Made by a program: the position numbers and the translations under genes. Below are positions 9,077-20,040 of a DNA stretch of 64,000 bases, in pieces. Within the stretch, counting starts at the first letter, position 1; each line of letters opens with the position of its first letter. The notes beneath the pieces are model-generated. The model had not been told where the DNA came from. It worked only from the letters and a program-made list of their open reading frames with translations, and did not search any database. The stretch is from a bacterium (GTDB lineage: Bacteria; Bdellovibrionota_C; UBA2361; CALJRW01), in contig JANNBC010000006.1 in NCBI GenBank assembly GCA_031385045.1, positions 1 through 64,000 on the forward strand, read 5' to 3'.

Positions 9077-10960
9077 ATGAAATTATTTAATCCGGATGAT
9101 GTCTTTTTAAATCGCTATCAAATTGTCCGACCACTCGGAACTGGGGGAATGAGTGAAGTCTATTTAGCTAAAGATCTAAATCTAAATGATGATTTAGTGG
9201 CAATCAAATTTCTTCATCTAGAACTTCAGCAGTATCCAAGCCAAATCAAAAGATTTCAACAAGAAGTTTTACTAACAAGAAGAGTTAATAGTCCTTATGT
9301 CGTGAAAACATTCGACGCGGAGATCAGTACCGATCATATTTATTTTGTGATGGAGTACATCGAAGGAATTAATCTAAATGAATTAATTGATGCAGAAAAT
9401 CTGGAAGTAGATCAGATTATCCTGATCCTTTGTTCCATAATCTTAGGACTTGAAGCCGTGCACCAAGTCGGGATAATTCACCGTGACCTAAAGGCTGAAA
9501 ATATTTTAGTTACTAATGACGGGCAATTAAAAATTATGGACTTTGGTGTTGCGAAAGTTCAAAGGAATGATTTAACCATTGCAGGTGAAATTGTCGGTAG
9601 TTCCTGTTATATGTCACCAGAGGTTTGGAAAGGCGATACTGTCACCAATAAATCTGATATTTATTCTTTAGGTGTACTTGCTTATCAAATGCTTACTAAC
9701 ACCTTTCCCTTTGATGGGGAAAATATGATGCAGATTATGTATCAGCATTTAGAAGGCGAGATTGAAGAGCCAATTAAACTGAACTCTGAGGTGCCGCCAG
9801 CATTAAATGAACTAATCTTGCGCATGTTAGAAATTGATCCAAAGTTAAGGCCGGATCTTTGGGAGATTAAGAAAAGATTACTAGAGATTGATGATGACTT
9901 ACGAGAGTTTGTCAGTGATGAGCATGGAAATCGTCGGAATCGTTCCGAGTTACAATTTGAGTCCGCCGTTGAGGTTCCTAATCTCAAGCTTACTAATTTA
10001 AAATCAAATAGTTATTACGCAAAAAACTTAGCTAATCTCAATGTCTCCAAGACAGGTCGAATTAGTCAAAGTTGGAAGACTATAACTAACTTAAAAGCTT
10101 TAAAGAAGGTCAAGTTTTCGACATTTAAATTCCTACTTGGGGTATTACTTAGTTTTGCTACAGTGATGTTCTTGGTAATTGCTAGTGACCCGCATTCAGA
10201 TTACGCCAGTTATTTAAATAGTTTTCAAGAATTATTTCAAAATACTAAGGAGAAGAATAATTACTTCTTTAACCTTTTATTTTTTGCGACCTTATTTTCA
10301 CTGCCAATTTTTATAATCTTATTTAGTACAGTTAAGATCACTGAACTAATAGTTAAATTTGCTTTATCGATCTTGAGTTTTCTTAGCCTATTACTTGTTT
10401 TGAATTATACCTATGTCAGTTGGTATTCTGATGATGCTGTAAAATTCTTACCTTTAAACTCCCCGGTCTTTATTTGGTACTTAGAGGTAACCCTCCCTCG
10501 CGCCATTCAGCATTTAATTGATGCTGTTTTATTGGTTCCCGTCGCTAGTCAGGCTTTTGTTAGTGCTAGTAATAGTTGGAATCTAACAATGGTGGAAATC
10601 TTTAATCGTCCACCATTAATTTGGATGTTTCATTACAATTCATTAGTAATTTTTGTATTTTTGTTATTGATTATCAACAAATCAAATTTGAATTTCTTTC
10701 AGATTGCCTCTGCTAAGCGGTATCGTTTAGCCTTAATCCTTTTTTCATTATTTATAATTGAACCTCAGCTAAAGGAATACTTAATATCAGAATCACTTTG
10801 GACTGAGGGGGCTCTTTTCTTTCGACTGACAAGATATGATTTTGTTGTTGATAAGTTTTACTTGCTTTGCTCGCTAGTTAATTGGTCCTTTCTTCTTGGG
10901 TACTTATTTTTTGCTAGCCGCTCTCGACAAAGGCCCGGGGTAATTATGCGTATTCAGTAG
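9077..10960 (+). CDS. Hanks-type Ser/Thr protein kinase with a multi-pass membrane C-terminus
   Basis: LGTGGM, VAIK, HRDLKAEN, DFG, YMSPE, DIYSLG; several hydrophobic segments after about aa 350. Confidence 0.9.
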   Translation: MKLFNPDDVFLNRYQIVRPLGTGGMSEVYLAKDLNLNDDLVAIKFLHLELQQYPSQIKRFQQEVLLTRRVNSPYVVKTFDAEISTDHIYFVMEYIEGINLNELIDAENLEVDQIILILCSIILGLEAVHQVGIIHRDLKAENILVTNDGQLKIMDFGVAKVQRNDLTIAGEIVGSSCYMSPEVWKGDTVTNKSDIYSLGVLAYQMLTNTFPFDGENMMQIMYQHLEGEIEEPIKLNSEVPPALNELILRMLEIDPKLRPDLWEIKKRLLEIDDDLREFVSDEHGNRRNRSELQFESAVEVPNLKLTNLKSNSYYAKNLANLNVSKTGRISQSWKTITNLKALKKVKFSTFKFLLGVLLSFATVMFLVIASDPHSDYASYLNSFQELFQNTKEKNNYFFNLLFFATLFSLPIFIILFSTVKITELIVKFALSILSFLSLLLVLNYTYVSWYSDDAVKFLPLNSPVFIWYLEVTLPRAIQHLIDAVLLVPVASQAFVSASNSWNLTMVEIFNRPPLIWMFHYNSLVIFVFLLLIINKSNLNFFQIASAKRYRLALILFSLFIIEPQLKEYLISESLWTEGALFFRLTRYDFVVDKFYLLCSLVNWSFLLGYLFFASRSRQRPGVIMRIQ

Positions 10961-11029
10961 TTGCCTAAGTCTTCCGTCTGTTAAAAAACTTGCTATTTAT
11001 AATACCAATCATGTGCTAATAACTCTTGT

Positions 11030-12670
11030 ATGTTAAGAGAGATTATTATTCGCAATTTAGCAACAATCGAAGAGCAGTCGATCTCTTTTGGTGAGGGTTT
11101 AAATGTCATCACTGGAGAGACTGGCGCTGGAAAATCAGTTATTTTAAAAGCTGTCGAATTAATATTAGGACAGAAGGGAAGTGCGGAACTAATTCGAACT
11201 GGAAAAGACAGTTTGGAAGTCCAAGCTTTATTTGATCTCCAACAACTTTCCCCTGAGGAGCTTAAAGTTTTCCCTGAAGACTGGCAGGATCAGGAGCTAG
11301 TTATTAAAAGAACGATCAGCTCTAACTCTAAAAATAAGATTTCCATTAATGGTAATCTGGCTACCCAACAACAATTAGCTGCGATTGGTCCAGCCTTGCT
11401 TAGTATTTGTAGTCAGGGGCAAAATTTAAATTTATTAGATAAAAGCTATCATTTAGAGATTGTCGATTTTTACGCGCAAAATAAGGATTTACTAGCAGAG
11501 TATCAGTTAGCCTTTCAAGAATGGAAAATGCTTCAAGCACGCTTGCAAAATTCAGAACAAGAGTGGGGAGATGCTGAGCAGGAGCGGGAAGATTTAGAAG
11601 CTGAGCTAAAGATCTTAAAATCTTTAGGCTTAAATCCAGAACTTAGAATAAATCTTACCAAGCAAATTGATCAGATTAAGGGGCAGGGACATTTACTAGA
11701 GATTAAACAGAATATTGAGCAATTATTAAACTCCGAAGTTGGCTTGTTTGAGCTTATTCCTAAATTAGCAAATGCCTTAAAAGATTTAAGGCGTACAAAA
11801 GGTTCCACCGATTCTTTAGATTTAGTTTTTAATCAGTTGGTTGATATCTCTGGAGAGTTAGAAAGAGAGATTCAACTAGTTCAGCTAGAGCAAGGCTCAG
11901 AGGAAGATTTGGAAGCCTTAGAGGATCGGCTAGCAGAGCTTGCAAGGTTACAAAGAAAATATCGAACTGATGATATTGGCTTAATGGAAATTTATGCCTC
12001 AAAACAGCAAAGGTATAACTGGCTTAATCAGCTTGATGCTCCAGATAAATTACGCCTTCTCTTTCAAGAAAAAAATAAACAATTACAAATCTTATTAGCG
12101 AAACTTACCAAGAATCGTATCCAAGCAATCCCCAAGTTTGAGAAAAATTTAATTGCTGTCCTAAAAGAATTAAATTTACCAAATGCTAAATTAGAAATTG
12201 CCGTGGAAACCTTGGCTGAGCCGCGAAACTCTGGTCAGGAAAGCTTAGAGTTTCTGATTAGCCTTAACCCGGGAGAAGTCTGTAAGCCACTTCGCAAGGT
12301 TGCTTCTGGTGGGGAGATGTCTAGGATTTTACTTGGATTTAAAAGTATTTTTAATAAATCTCAAAGTGGTTGTTGCTTTATCTTTGATGAGATTGATACT
12401 GGGATTTCTGGTGCCACGGCTAGGATTGTTGGCGAAAAAATGAAGTCGATTGCTAAGAACTCTCAGGTGCTATGTATTACACATTTAGCCCAAGTTGCCT
12501 CGCTTGCCGATCACCATTTAAAAGTGGAAAAGATAGTAACTGATAGGACTTTTACTCAGATTGAAAGCCTAAGCTTAGAGCAAAGAATTGATGAGGTTGC
12601 TAGGCTTTTATCAGGGCGTGAAATAAGTGATACTGCTAGGGCTTCCGCCGTTGAGCTAATTCAACAATAA
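11030..12670 (+). CDS. recN: DNA repair protein RecN
   Basis: TGETGAGKS, coiled coil, ASGGEMSR, FDEIDTGISG, CITHLAQVA. Confidence 0.96.
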   Translation: MLREIIIRNLATIEEQSISFGEGLNVITGETGAGKSVILKAVELILGQKGSAELIRTGKDSLEVQALFDLQQLSPEELKVFPEDWQDQELVIKRTISSNSKNKISINGNLATQQQLAAIGPALLSICSQGQNLNLLDKSYHLEIVDFYAQNKDLLAEYQLAFQEWKMLQARLQNSEQEWGDAEQEREDLEAELKILKSLGLNPELRINLTKQIDQIKGQGHLLEIKQNIEQLLNSEVGLFELIPKLANALKDLRRTKGSTDSLDLVFNQLVDISGELEREIQLVQLEQGSEEDLEALEDRLAELARLQRKYRTDDIGLMEIYASKQQRYNWLNQLDAPDKLRLLFQEKNKQLQILLAKLTKNRIQAIPKFEKNLIAVLKELNLPNAKLEIAVETLAEPRNSGQESLEFLISLNPGEVCKPLRKVASGGEMSRILLGFKSIFNKSQSGCCFIFDEIDTGISGATARIVGEKMKSIAKNSQVLCITHLAQVASLADHHLKVEKIVTDRTFTQIESLSLEQRIDEVARLLSGREISDTARASAVELIQQ

Positions 12671-12696
12671 ACTATTTGATATCAAGATGATTTTTA

Positions 12697-14253
12697 ATGC
12701 ATAAAGTTAATTTTTCTAGGATTCTTCCCTTTATTGTTTTTATTGCGATTTTTAGCTTTCATCTTTTTTCTTTTAATCAGTTACCACCAGCGTTTCCGGA
12801 TGATGGACTTACGGCTGGGCGTACGAAAGCATTTTTGGATTCTGGCTTTGCTGTTGCTCAGATGGAAGCGGCGATTTTAGATCGAATCCCCAATGGAAAT
12901 TACCTAAATAATACACTGCCTTATTATTTATATGCACTACCGGTACTAATTTCTGGAGAGATTTCTTTAGAGAGCATTCGAACAGTTAATTTATTTTTAA
13001 TTGCACTGTCACTAATTCTAGTTTTTTTAATCTCCAAAGAAATTAAAGATTGGAAATTTGGCTTGATCTCCATGATCATTTTGGGGTTCTCCAATAACTT
13101 TACTTATGCTGGACATATTGCGCGGCCAGATTTCATTGCAAGTGTAGTTGGCTTACTAGGGATTTTTATTTTTTTGAGAAATAAGAATTCAAATTTTTGG
13201 GTAGATATTTTTTTAGGATTAACTATTACTGTTGGTTTTATTCTTCATCCTCGAATAGTTATTTACATACCAATCTTATGCTTACTTTATTTAAATAAGT
13301 ATCAGTGGGGGATCTTTCGAAGTTGGAACTTTTGGTCATTTTTTGGAGCACTGGGCTGCAGTTCTTTAGCTTATTACGTACTCAGGATTCTTCCTTACCA
13401 AGCATCCTTTGCTGAGCTAAATCTTGCTGTGGTTGCTGGTTCTAGGTCTTTGCCTATTCTTAGTTTTGACTATCAACAGATTCAAGATTCGATTCTTAGA
13501 GTTTTAGGTCAATTGTATTTTGATCACTTTCTTTACGCCGCTGGTGCTGTGGGACTATTCTTAAGTCTTTTCTCGCGAGATCAAGCTTGTCGGGTAATGA
13601 TCGTTTTAACGCTTGGGACACTATTAGTTACGGCCTCGGTGATGTCTGATTTTTATATTTTTAATTCCATTATCATTGTTGGACTAGCATCGATTTCTGT
13701 AGCTTTTTGCTGTTATTTAGTCTTTAGTTTCGACAGATATTTAATCTTTTCAATAATTGGGAAGTTGGTCGTTATATTACTAATTGGGCATTATGTTCTG
13801 ACAAATGCTGAAAAATCGGCCTTAAGGGTTGGGAAGAATCAAATTTGCGTTCAAGAGATTCAACAATTTAATAGTGTTCTTAAAACGCTGATTAAGCCAG
13901 AAGATACGATAGTAGGAGAAGAAGACTATTGGTTTAAGTACCAACAGAACAAGTTTCATTCCTGGAAAAATCTAAACTATATTCGTCGGCTTGAAAATTA
14001 TAGCTTGGAAGAAGCCATGCTGGAGCTAAAGCCTAATTATTTTATTTTAAACTCAGCAATTGGATATTTTATCACAGACGAAGTCTCGCCTTCCCCTTGG
14101 GTAGAGAATTTGAGGATCTCAGCCAAGGAGTTTTATGCTGTAATGGATAAACATTTTCAGATGGAGCATTTGCAGATCAACCGCTGTAATCAGAACTTAG
14201 TTCTTTATAAATTTAAAAATCAGGACACTTTGGAGGGCCTTTTAGAGAAATGA
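12697..14253 (+). CDS. GT-C fold (ArnT/PMT-like) membrane glycosyltransferase
   Basis: Polytopic protein; acidic DD motif after TM1, ARPD motif, soluble C-terminal domain. Confidence 0.6.
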   Translation: MHKVNFSRILPFIVFIAIFSFHLFSFNQLPPAFPDDGLTAGRTKAFLDSGFAVAQMEAAILDRIPNGNYLNNTLPYYLYALPVLISGEISLESIRTVNLFLIALSLILVFLISKEIKDWKFGLISMIILGFSNNFTYAGHIARPDFIASVVGLLGIFIFLRNKNSNFWVDIFLGLTITVGFILHPRIVIYIPILCLLYLNKYQWGIFRSWNFWSFFGALGCSSLAYYVLRILPYQASFAELNLAVVAGSRSLPILSFDYQQIQDSILRVLGQLYFDHFLYAAGAVGLFLSLFSRDQACRVMIVLTLGTLLVTASVMSDFYIFNSIIIVGLASISVAFCCYLVFSFDRYLIFSIIGKLVVILLIGHYVLTNAEKSALRVGKNQICVQEIQQFNSVLKTLIKPEDTIVGEEDYWFKYQQNKFHSWKNLNYIRRLENYSLEEAMLELKPNYFILNSAIGYFITDEVSPSPWVENLRISAKEFYAVMDKHFQMEHLQINRCNQNLVLYKFKNQDTLEGLLEK

Positions 14254-14300
14254 AATCTTAGTTATTCCAGTAACTTAACTATTTTTATCACTTTCCCCAC

Positions 14301-14329
14301 TTGACAATCAGGGTCAAAATACTTAATTT
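14301..14329 (+). promoter_or_regulatory. Sigma70-type promoter for the M23 peptidase gene
   Basis: TTGACA-N17-TAATTT. Confidence 0.55.
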
Positions 14330-14353
14330 TGCGCTGTTCCGTAGGAACAAACT

Positions 14354-15247
14354 ATGTCAGTCAAAAATAAAGACTACTATACCATCTGGATTCACTCATC
14401 TGGATTTAGAGGGATTAGACGTCTAAAAATACACAAGAGAGCCCTTGTTTCATTTACAGTAAGCTCTACCGTTTCATTAATCTTAACCGTTGGTTTACTC
14501 GGTTCAAGATTTCCTATCCAGTCGAATTCTCGGGCTGATGGTTCTTCGTATGATAACTTTATGGCTAGCCATCAGGTCTATCGGGAACTTAAGCTTCAAC
14601 TATCTGGTCGCTTAGAAGAGCTAGCCTCGGTTTTAAAGTCTGCTGGGGATCTGGGCGTCATTAGTCAAAGGAAATTAGAAGCTCTAGACTTAAGTGATAT
14701 CAATTCAGTAGGTGGACTTGATTATGATTGCGAGGGAGCAGCCTGTCTTCAGAAAGTTTCTCTGACTGCCTCAGATCTAAGTACAAACGAATTAATTGAA
14801 AAAACAAAGGCTTATGAGCAATTATTCAAAAAGCTCCCACTTAATTTTCCGATCAAGTCAGGGCGTTTAACTTCGCCATTTGGTAATCGTAAATCTCCAT
14901 TTTCAAGTAGTTGGAAGATGCATCGAGGGGTAGATATTGCTGCTCGCTACGGTACTGATGTTTATGCAAGTTCCCATGGTAAGGTCGTTAATGTTGAGTA
15001 TCATGCAACCTATGGGAAGGTGGTTGATATTAAGCATAATAAAGATGTTGTCACACGCTATGCTCATTTATCACAGATTAACGTTAAGGAAGGTCAAAAA
15101 GTCACAGCCGAAACTATTATTGGTAAGGTTGGAGCCACTGGTCGTGCTACTGGCCCACATCTTCATTATGAAATCATTGTTAATGACAAACCTTTAAATC
15201 CCCAACATCTGATTAGCCTTGGCAGTCTTGCCCAAAAACTCCTTTAA
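14354..15247 (+). CDS. M23-family peptidoglycan DD-metalloendopeptidase
   Basis: TSPFG.R, HRGVD, YAHLS, TGPHLHYEI; N-terminal TM segment. Confidence 0.92.
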   Translation: MSVKNKDYYTIWIHSSGFRGIRRLKIHKRALVSFTVSSTVSLILTVGLLGSRFPIQSNSRADGSSYDNFMASHQVYRELKLQLSGRLEELASVLKSAGDLGVISQRKLEALDLSDINSVGGLDYDCEGAACLQKVSLTASDLSTNELIEKTKAYEQLFKKLPLNFPIKSGRLTSPFGNRKSPFSSSWKMHRGVDIAARYGTDVYASSHGKVVNVEYHATYGKVVDIKHNKDVVTRYAHLSQINVKEGQKVTAETIIGKVGATGRATGPHLHYEIIVNDKPLNPQHLISLGSLAQKLL

Positions 15248-15338
15248 TCACTTCAGGTTCATTTCTTCGTCGTTTGCGAATTGCTGATAGACAAATTAAG
15301 TGCTATATAACAGCCGAATAATTTTACTCTATTTCTAT

Positions 15339-16265
15339 ATGTCCAGAAAAAAAATTGCCCTCATTGGTGCCGGTCAAATTGGTGGCACACTAGCGATGTT
15401 AACAGGTTTACGTAACCTAGGAGATGTAGTTCTTTATGATATCGTAGAAGGCATGCCGGCTGGTAAGGCTCTTGATATTAGCCATCTTTCACCAGTATTT
15501 GGTTTAGACTTTAAAATAACTGGAACAAACAATATTGCTGATATTGCTGATGCAGATATTTGCGTTGTTACTTCTGGTTTACCTAGAAAACCGGGGATGT
15601 CTCGTGACGACTTACTTAAAATAAATTCTGATATTGTTACTTCAGTTGCCGAGTCAATTAAAAAATATGCTCCCAATGCTCTTGTTATCGTTACAACAAA
15701 TCCTTTGGATGTGATGGTTTATCAGATGTTTAAAAAGACTGGCTTTGCTTCCAATAAAGTTGTGGGAATGGCTGGTGTTCTTGATACTAGTCGTTACCGA
15801 GCTTTTCTAGCGGAGGAGTTAAATGTTTCTGTTGATTCAGTTTCTGCTTTCGTTTTGGGTGGCCATGGTGATGCGATGGTTCCTGTTCGTTCATATACTA
15901 ACGTTGCTGGGATTCCAATCGAGAAGTTACTTGATCCTGCAACACTAGATCGAATTGAAGATCGCGTAAGGAATGCTGGTGGGGAAGTTGTGGCACTCCT
16001 TAAAACTGGTTCGGCCTTTGTTTCACCAGCAGCAGCTTGTATTCAGATGATGGAAAGTTACCTTTTTGATCAGAAAAAAGTACTTCCAGCAGCAGCTTAT
16101 TGTCAGGGTGAATATGGTATCAAAGACTTATATATCGGTGTTCCAGTAATTCTTGGTGCTGGCGGTGTCGAAAAAATTATGGAAATAGACCTGAACCCTA
16201 CAGAGATGGCTGAACTTAAAAAGTCAGTTGAAGGTGTTCAGACAATGGTTAACTTAATATCATAA
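15339..16265 (+). CDS. mdh: Malate dehydrogenase (LDH-like type)
   Basis: [26 protein letters not shown]. Confidence 0.96.
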   Translation: MSRKKIALIGAGQIGGTLAMLTGLRNLGDVVLYDIVEGMPAGKALDISHLSPVFGLDFKITGTNNIADIADADICVVTSGLPRKPGMSRDDLLKINSDIVTSVAESIKKYAPNALVIVTTNPLDVMVYQMFKKTGFASNKVVGMAGVLDTSRYRAFLAEELNVSVDSVSAFVLGGHGDAMVPVRSYTNVAGIPIEKLLDPATLDRIEDRVRNAGGEVVALLKTGSAFVSPAAACIQMMESYLFDQKKVLPAAAYCQGEYGIKDLYIGVPVILGAGGVEKIMEIDLNPTEMAELKKSVEGVQTMVNLIS

Positions 16266-16271
16266 AATAAA

Positions 16272-16964
16272 GTGGATCTACTTGCTTTTTATCGTTCAAC
16301 AATTGGGAAAAAAATCGTAGTTGCTCTCACTGGCTTAATGCTAGTTGGCTTTGTGATTGGCCACATGGCGGGTAATTTGAAAGCTTTTGGTGGTGTCGAT
16401 GCAAACGGAGTTCATAAACTAGATCATTATGCTGAGTTTCTCAGATCTTTTGGTCAAGATATGCTTGGGCATGGTGGTTTTTTATGGATCGCGAGAATTG
16501 GCTTACTATTTGCTGTGATCCTTCATATCGTGGCGATCATTCAACTTCGGAGCTTAAACAAGCGCGCACGTCCTCAAGGTTATCATTCTGAAAAGAAAGA
16601 TATTTCCAAGCTTGCTGTCAATCTAATGTTTGTTGGCGGTTTATCTATCGCTGCTTTTATTGTCTTTCATTTACTGCACCTGACTTTTGGTGCAATTCAT
16701 CCGAGCTTTCAAGAAGGGAAAGTCTTTCACAATATTATAGTTGCTTTTAAGAATCCACTTATCACCTTGATCTATATCGTGGTCATGGCATTTTTAGGTC
16801 TTCATCTTTACCACGGAGTCTGGAGCGTTTTTCAAACACTAGGTTTGAATCGCCCACGTTATGATTATTACATTCGACTTTCGGCCAAAGTTATTGCTTG
16901 TGTGGTTTCCTTTGGTTTTATGATTGTTCCTTTGGCAATTTTGTTTGGTTTTTTATCGGCGTAA
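16272..16964 (+). CDS. sdhC: Succinate dehydrogenase cytochrome b subunit (single 5-TM anchor)
   Basis: STIGKK..ALTG, HMAGN, conserved His heme ligands, HLYHG.WS.FQTLG. Confidence 0.92.
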   Translation: MDLLAFYRSTIGKKIVVALTGLMLVGFVIGHMAGNLKAFGGVDANGVHKLDHYAEFLRSFGQDMLGHGGFLWIARIGLLFAVILHIVAIIQLRSLNKRARPQGYHSEKKDISKLAVNLMFVGGLSIAAFIVFHLLHLTFGAIHPSFQEGKVFHNIIVAFKNPLITLIYIVVMAFLGLHLYHGVWSVFQTLGLNRPRYDYYIRLSAKVIACVVSFGFMIVPLAILFGFLSA

Positions 16965-16970
16965 TTGAAA

Positions 16971-18887
16971 ATGACATTAAATTCAAATATTCCTTCTGGT
17001 AATGTGGCGGATAAGTGGACGAACCATAAGTTCTCCATGAAGCTTGTTAATCCGGCGAACAAGAGAAAATATAAAGTAATAGTTGTTGGTACTGGTTTAG
17101 CTGGTGCATCTGCGGCATCGACGATGGCAGAGCTTGGCTATGATGTTCATGCTTTTACTTTTCATGATTCACCGCGTAGGGCACATAGTATTGCGGCTCA
17201 AGGTGGAATTAACGCTGCCAAGAATTACCAAAATGATGGCGATAGCGTTCACCGTTTATTTTATGACACAGTTAAGGGTGGTGACTTTAGAGCTCGCGAA
17301 GCCAATGTTCATCGTTTAGCCGAAGTAAGTGTAAACATTATCGATCAGTGTGTTGCTCAAGGAGTTCCCTTTGCCAGAGAGTACGGCGGATATTTAACCA
17401 ACCGCTCCTTTGGTGGTGCTCAAGTTTCTAGAACATTTTATGCTCGTGGTCAGACTGGGCAACAGTTATTATTAGGTGCTTACTCTGGACTGTCGCGTCA
17501 GATTTCCAGTGGTGGAGTGAAGATGTACAATAAAATGGAAATGCTTGATGTTGTGATTTCTGATGGTCGAGCTGTTGGGATTACTGTTCGTAACCTAGTA
17601 ACTGGAGAAATTACAACGCACTCAGCTGATGCTGTTGTCCTTGCCACAGGTGGTTATTCCAATGTTTATTATTTATCAACTAATGCCATGTTATGTAACG
17701 TAACAGCGGCTTTTCGTGCCTATAAGAAAGGAGCCTACTTTGCTAACCCTTGTTTTACTCAAATCCACCCTACTTGTATCCCTGTTTCTGGCGATTACCA
17801 ATCAAAGTTAACTTTGATGTCGGAGTCGCTCCGTAATGATGGTCGAATTTGGGTACCAAAGAATAAAAAAGATCCCCGTCCAGTTGCCCAGATTCCAGAA
17901 TCAGAAAGAGAATATTTTCTAGAAGAACGCTATCCAAGTTTTGGAAACTTAGTTCCGCGTGATGTTGCTTCGCGTAATGCTAAAGAGCGTTGCGATGCTG
18001 GCTACGGAGTAGGTGAAAGCGCTTATGGCGTATACCTTGATTTCGCGGAATCAATTCAAAGATTAGGTAAAGATACGATCGCCGATCGCTATGGTAATTT
18101 GTTTGAAATGTATCAACGAATTACTGGGGAAGATCCATTTAAGATTCCAATGAGAATTTATCCAGCTCCGCATTATACTATGGGTGGACTTTGGGTTGAT
18201 TATAATTTGATGACGAATGTTCCTGGGCTCTTTGCCATTGGAGAAGCAAATTTCTCGGATCATGGTGCTAACCGTTTAGGTGCTAGTGCTTTGATGCAAG
18301 GGCTTGCTGATGGTTACTTTGTGCTACCAGCAACAATCGGTAATTTCTTAGCGTCAGTTAAGCCGGCGGCAAAAGATTTCACTAAGCTTAATGAGTTTTC
18401 CGAATCTAAATCAGAACAAGAAAAACAAATTACGAAATTGTTAAGTATCAAAGGAAATCGCACCGTTGATTCAATTCATCGAGAATTGGGAAGGATCATG
18501 TGGGACAACTGTGGTATGGCTCGTACTAAGGAAGGTCTGGAAGAAACGTTAATAAAGATTCCAAAAATCCGAGAAGAATTTTGGAATAATATTTCCATTC
18601 CTGGTGAGTCTGCTGACTTAAATGCCACCTTAGAAAAAGCTGGAAGAGTAGCTGACTTTTTAGAGTTTGCTGAAATTATGTGTCATGACGCTCACGATCG
18701 TAATGAATCTTGTGGTGGACACTTTCGTGAAGAGTATCAAACACCAGATGGCGAAGCTCTTAGGAATGATGAAGAGTATGCTTATGTCTCAGCTTGGGAA
18801 CATCAAGGTGTCGGTAATAAACCGAAGTTACATAAAGAACAATTAATTTTTGAAGATGTTAAACCTTCTCAAAGAAGTTATAAATAA
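16971..18887 (+). CDS. sdhA: Succinate dehydrogenase / fumarate reductase flavoprotein subunit
   Basis: [34 protein letters not shown]. Confidence 0.96.
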   Translation: MTLNSNIPSGNVADKWTNHKFSMKLVNPANKRKYKVIVVGTGLAGASAASTMAELGYDVHAFTFHDSPRRAHSIAAQGGINAAKNYQNDGDSVHRLFYDTVKGGDFRAREANVHRLAEVSVNIIDQCVAQGVPFAREYGGYLTNRSFGGAQVSRTFYARGQTGQQLLLGAYSGLSRQISSGGVKMYNKMEMLDVVISDGRAVGITVRNLVTGEITTHSADAVVLATGGYSNVYYLSTNAMLCNVTAAFRAYKKGAYFANPCFTQIHPTCIPVSGDYQSKLTLMSESLRNDGRIWVPKNKKDPRPVAQIPESEREYFLEERYPSFGNLVPRDVASRNAKERCDAGYGVGESAYGVYLDFAESIQRLGKDTIADRYGNLFEMYQRITGEDPFKIPMRIYPAPHYTMGGLWVDYNLMTNVPGLFAIGEANFSDHGANRLGASALMQGLADGYFVLPATIGNFLASVKPAAKDFTKLNEFSESKSEQEKQITKLLSIKGNRTVDSIHRELGRIMWDNCGMARTKEGLEETLIKIPKIREEFWNNISIPGESADLNATLEKAGRVADFLEFAEIMCHDAHDRNESCGGHFREEYQTPDGEALRNDEEYAYVSAWEHQGVGNKPKLHKEQLIFEDVKPSQRSYK

Positions 18888-18913
18888 GTGTTTAGCCGTA
18901 GGCTGAAACACTT
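18886..18913. repeat. Short REP-like hairpin
   Basis: aagtgtttagcc-gta-ggctgaaacactt (one bulge). Confidence 0.55.
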
Positions 18914-18923
18914 GCATTGACCC

Positions 18924-19047
18924 TAACCGTTTAGAGTTTGAGCGGAGGTCGAATTAAAAAATTTGGTAAAAACGCAGGTGTACTGGTGGTACAGCGAGTA
19001 TTTTACCAAATTTTTTCTTTCGAGATCTGCCAAAGGTTAAACGGTTA
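18924..19047. mobile_element. 124-bp palindromic MITE-like element between sdhA and sdhB
   Basis: Terminal taaccgttta/taaacggtta; internal aaaaaatttggtaaaa/ttttaccaaatttttt; apex tgtac-N5-gtaca. Confidence 0.7.
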
Positions 19048-19065
19048 TATAAATAAATCGTTAGT

Positions 19066-19845
19066 ATGAAGATTAAATTAAAGATTTGGCGACAAAAAGA
19101 TAGTAAGTCTAAGGGCGAGTTTGTTAACTATGAACTTGATGACGTTAGCGAGCACATGTCGTTCTTAGAAATGCTGGACGTTCTAAATGAACAACTGGAA
19201 ACTAAGAACCAAGAGCCAATTGCGTTTGAACATGATTGCAGAGAGGGGATTTGTGGTTCTTGTGCTTTAATGATTAATGGTTGCGCTCATGGTCCAGAAG
19301 CAGCAACGACAACTTGTCAGTTACATATGCGTTGTTTTAAAGATGGTGATTCAATTGTAATTGAACCATGGAGAGCTTCTGGTTTTCCAATCGTGAAAGA
19401 TTTAGTAGTTGATCGATCTGCCTTTGATCGAATTATTCAAGCTGGTGGATATATTTCAGTAAGTACTGGTTCAGCTCAAGATGCCAATTTAATTCCCATT
19501 TCTAAACCAATTGCTGATAAGTCAATGGATGCTGCTGCTTGTATTTCATGTGGAGCTTGCGTTGCTGCTTGTCCAAATGGATCGGCGATGTTGTTTACCT
19601 CAGCTAAAGTTGCTCATTTAGGTCTATTACCTCAGGGTCAGCCGGAACGATATCGTAGAGTAAAAGATATGGTGGAGCAAATGGATCAAGAACGTTTTGG
19701 ATCATGTACTAACTATGGTGCTTGTCAGGATGCTTGTCCAAAATCAATTAGTATCGAGTTTATCAGCCGGATGAATCAGGATTACATTAAAGCACAATTT
19801 TTGGCTCGTACTAAAAAAGACGATGTCAGAATTAAAGCCCAGTAG
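19066..19845 (+). CDS. sdhB: Succinate dehydrogenase iron-sulfur subunit
   Basis: [31 protein letters not shown]. Confidence 0.96.
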   Translation: MKIKLKIWRQKDSKSKGEFVNYELDDVSEHMSFLEMLDVLNEQLETKNQEPIAFEHDCREGICGSCALMINGCAHGPEAATTTCQLHMRCFKDGDSIVIEPWRASGFPIVKDLVVDRSAFDRIIQAGGYISVSTGSAQDANLIPISKPIADKSMDAAACISCGACVAACPNGSAMLFTSAKVAHLGLLPQGQPERYRRVKDMVEQMDQERFGSCTNYGACQDACPKSISIEFISRMNQDYIKAQFLARTKKDDVRIKAQ

Positions 19846-20040
19846 TATCTCTTGGACTTGTCTAATATTTTCAATGACAAGACTTCTCAAGGTGATGCTT
19901 GAGGATCGGAGCACTGCTTTATTTCTGAATAGTTACATCAAAATCTAATAATTATTAATTGGTTTATTCTCTAGTTAACCACTGGTAATAATAAAACTTT
20001 TCCGCTATTATCACGACGATTTTTTATATTAAAATAATTA

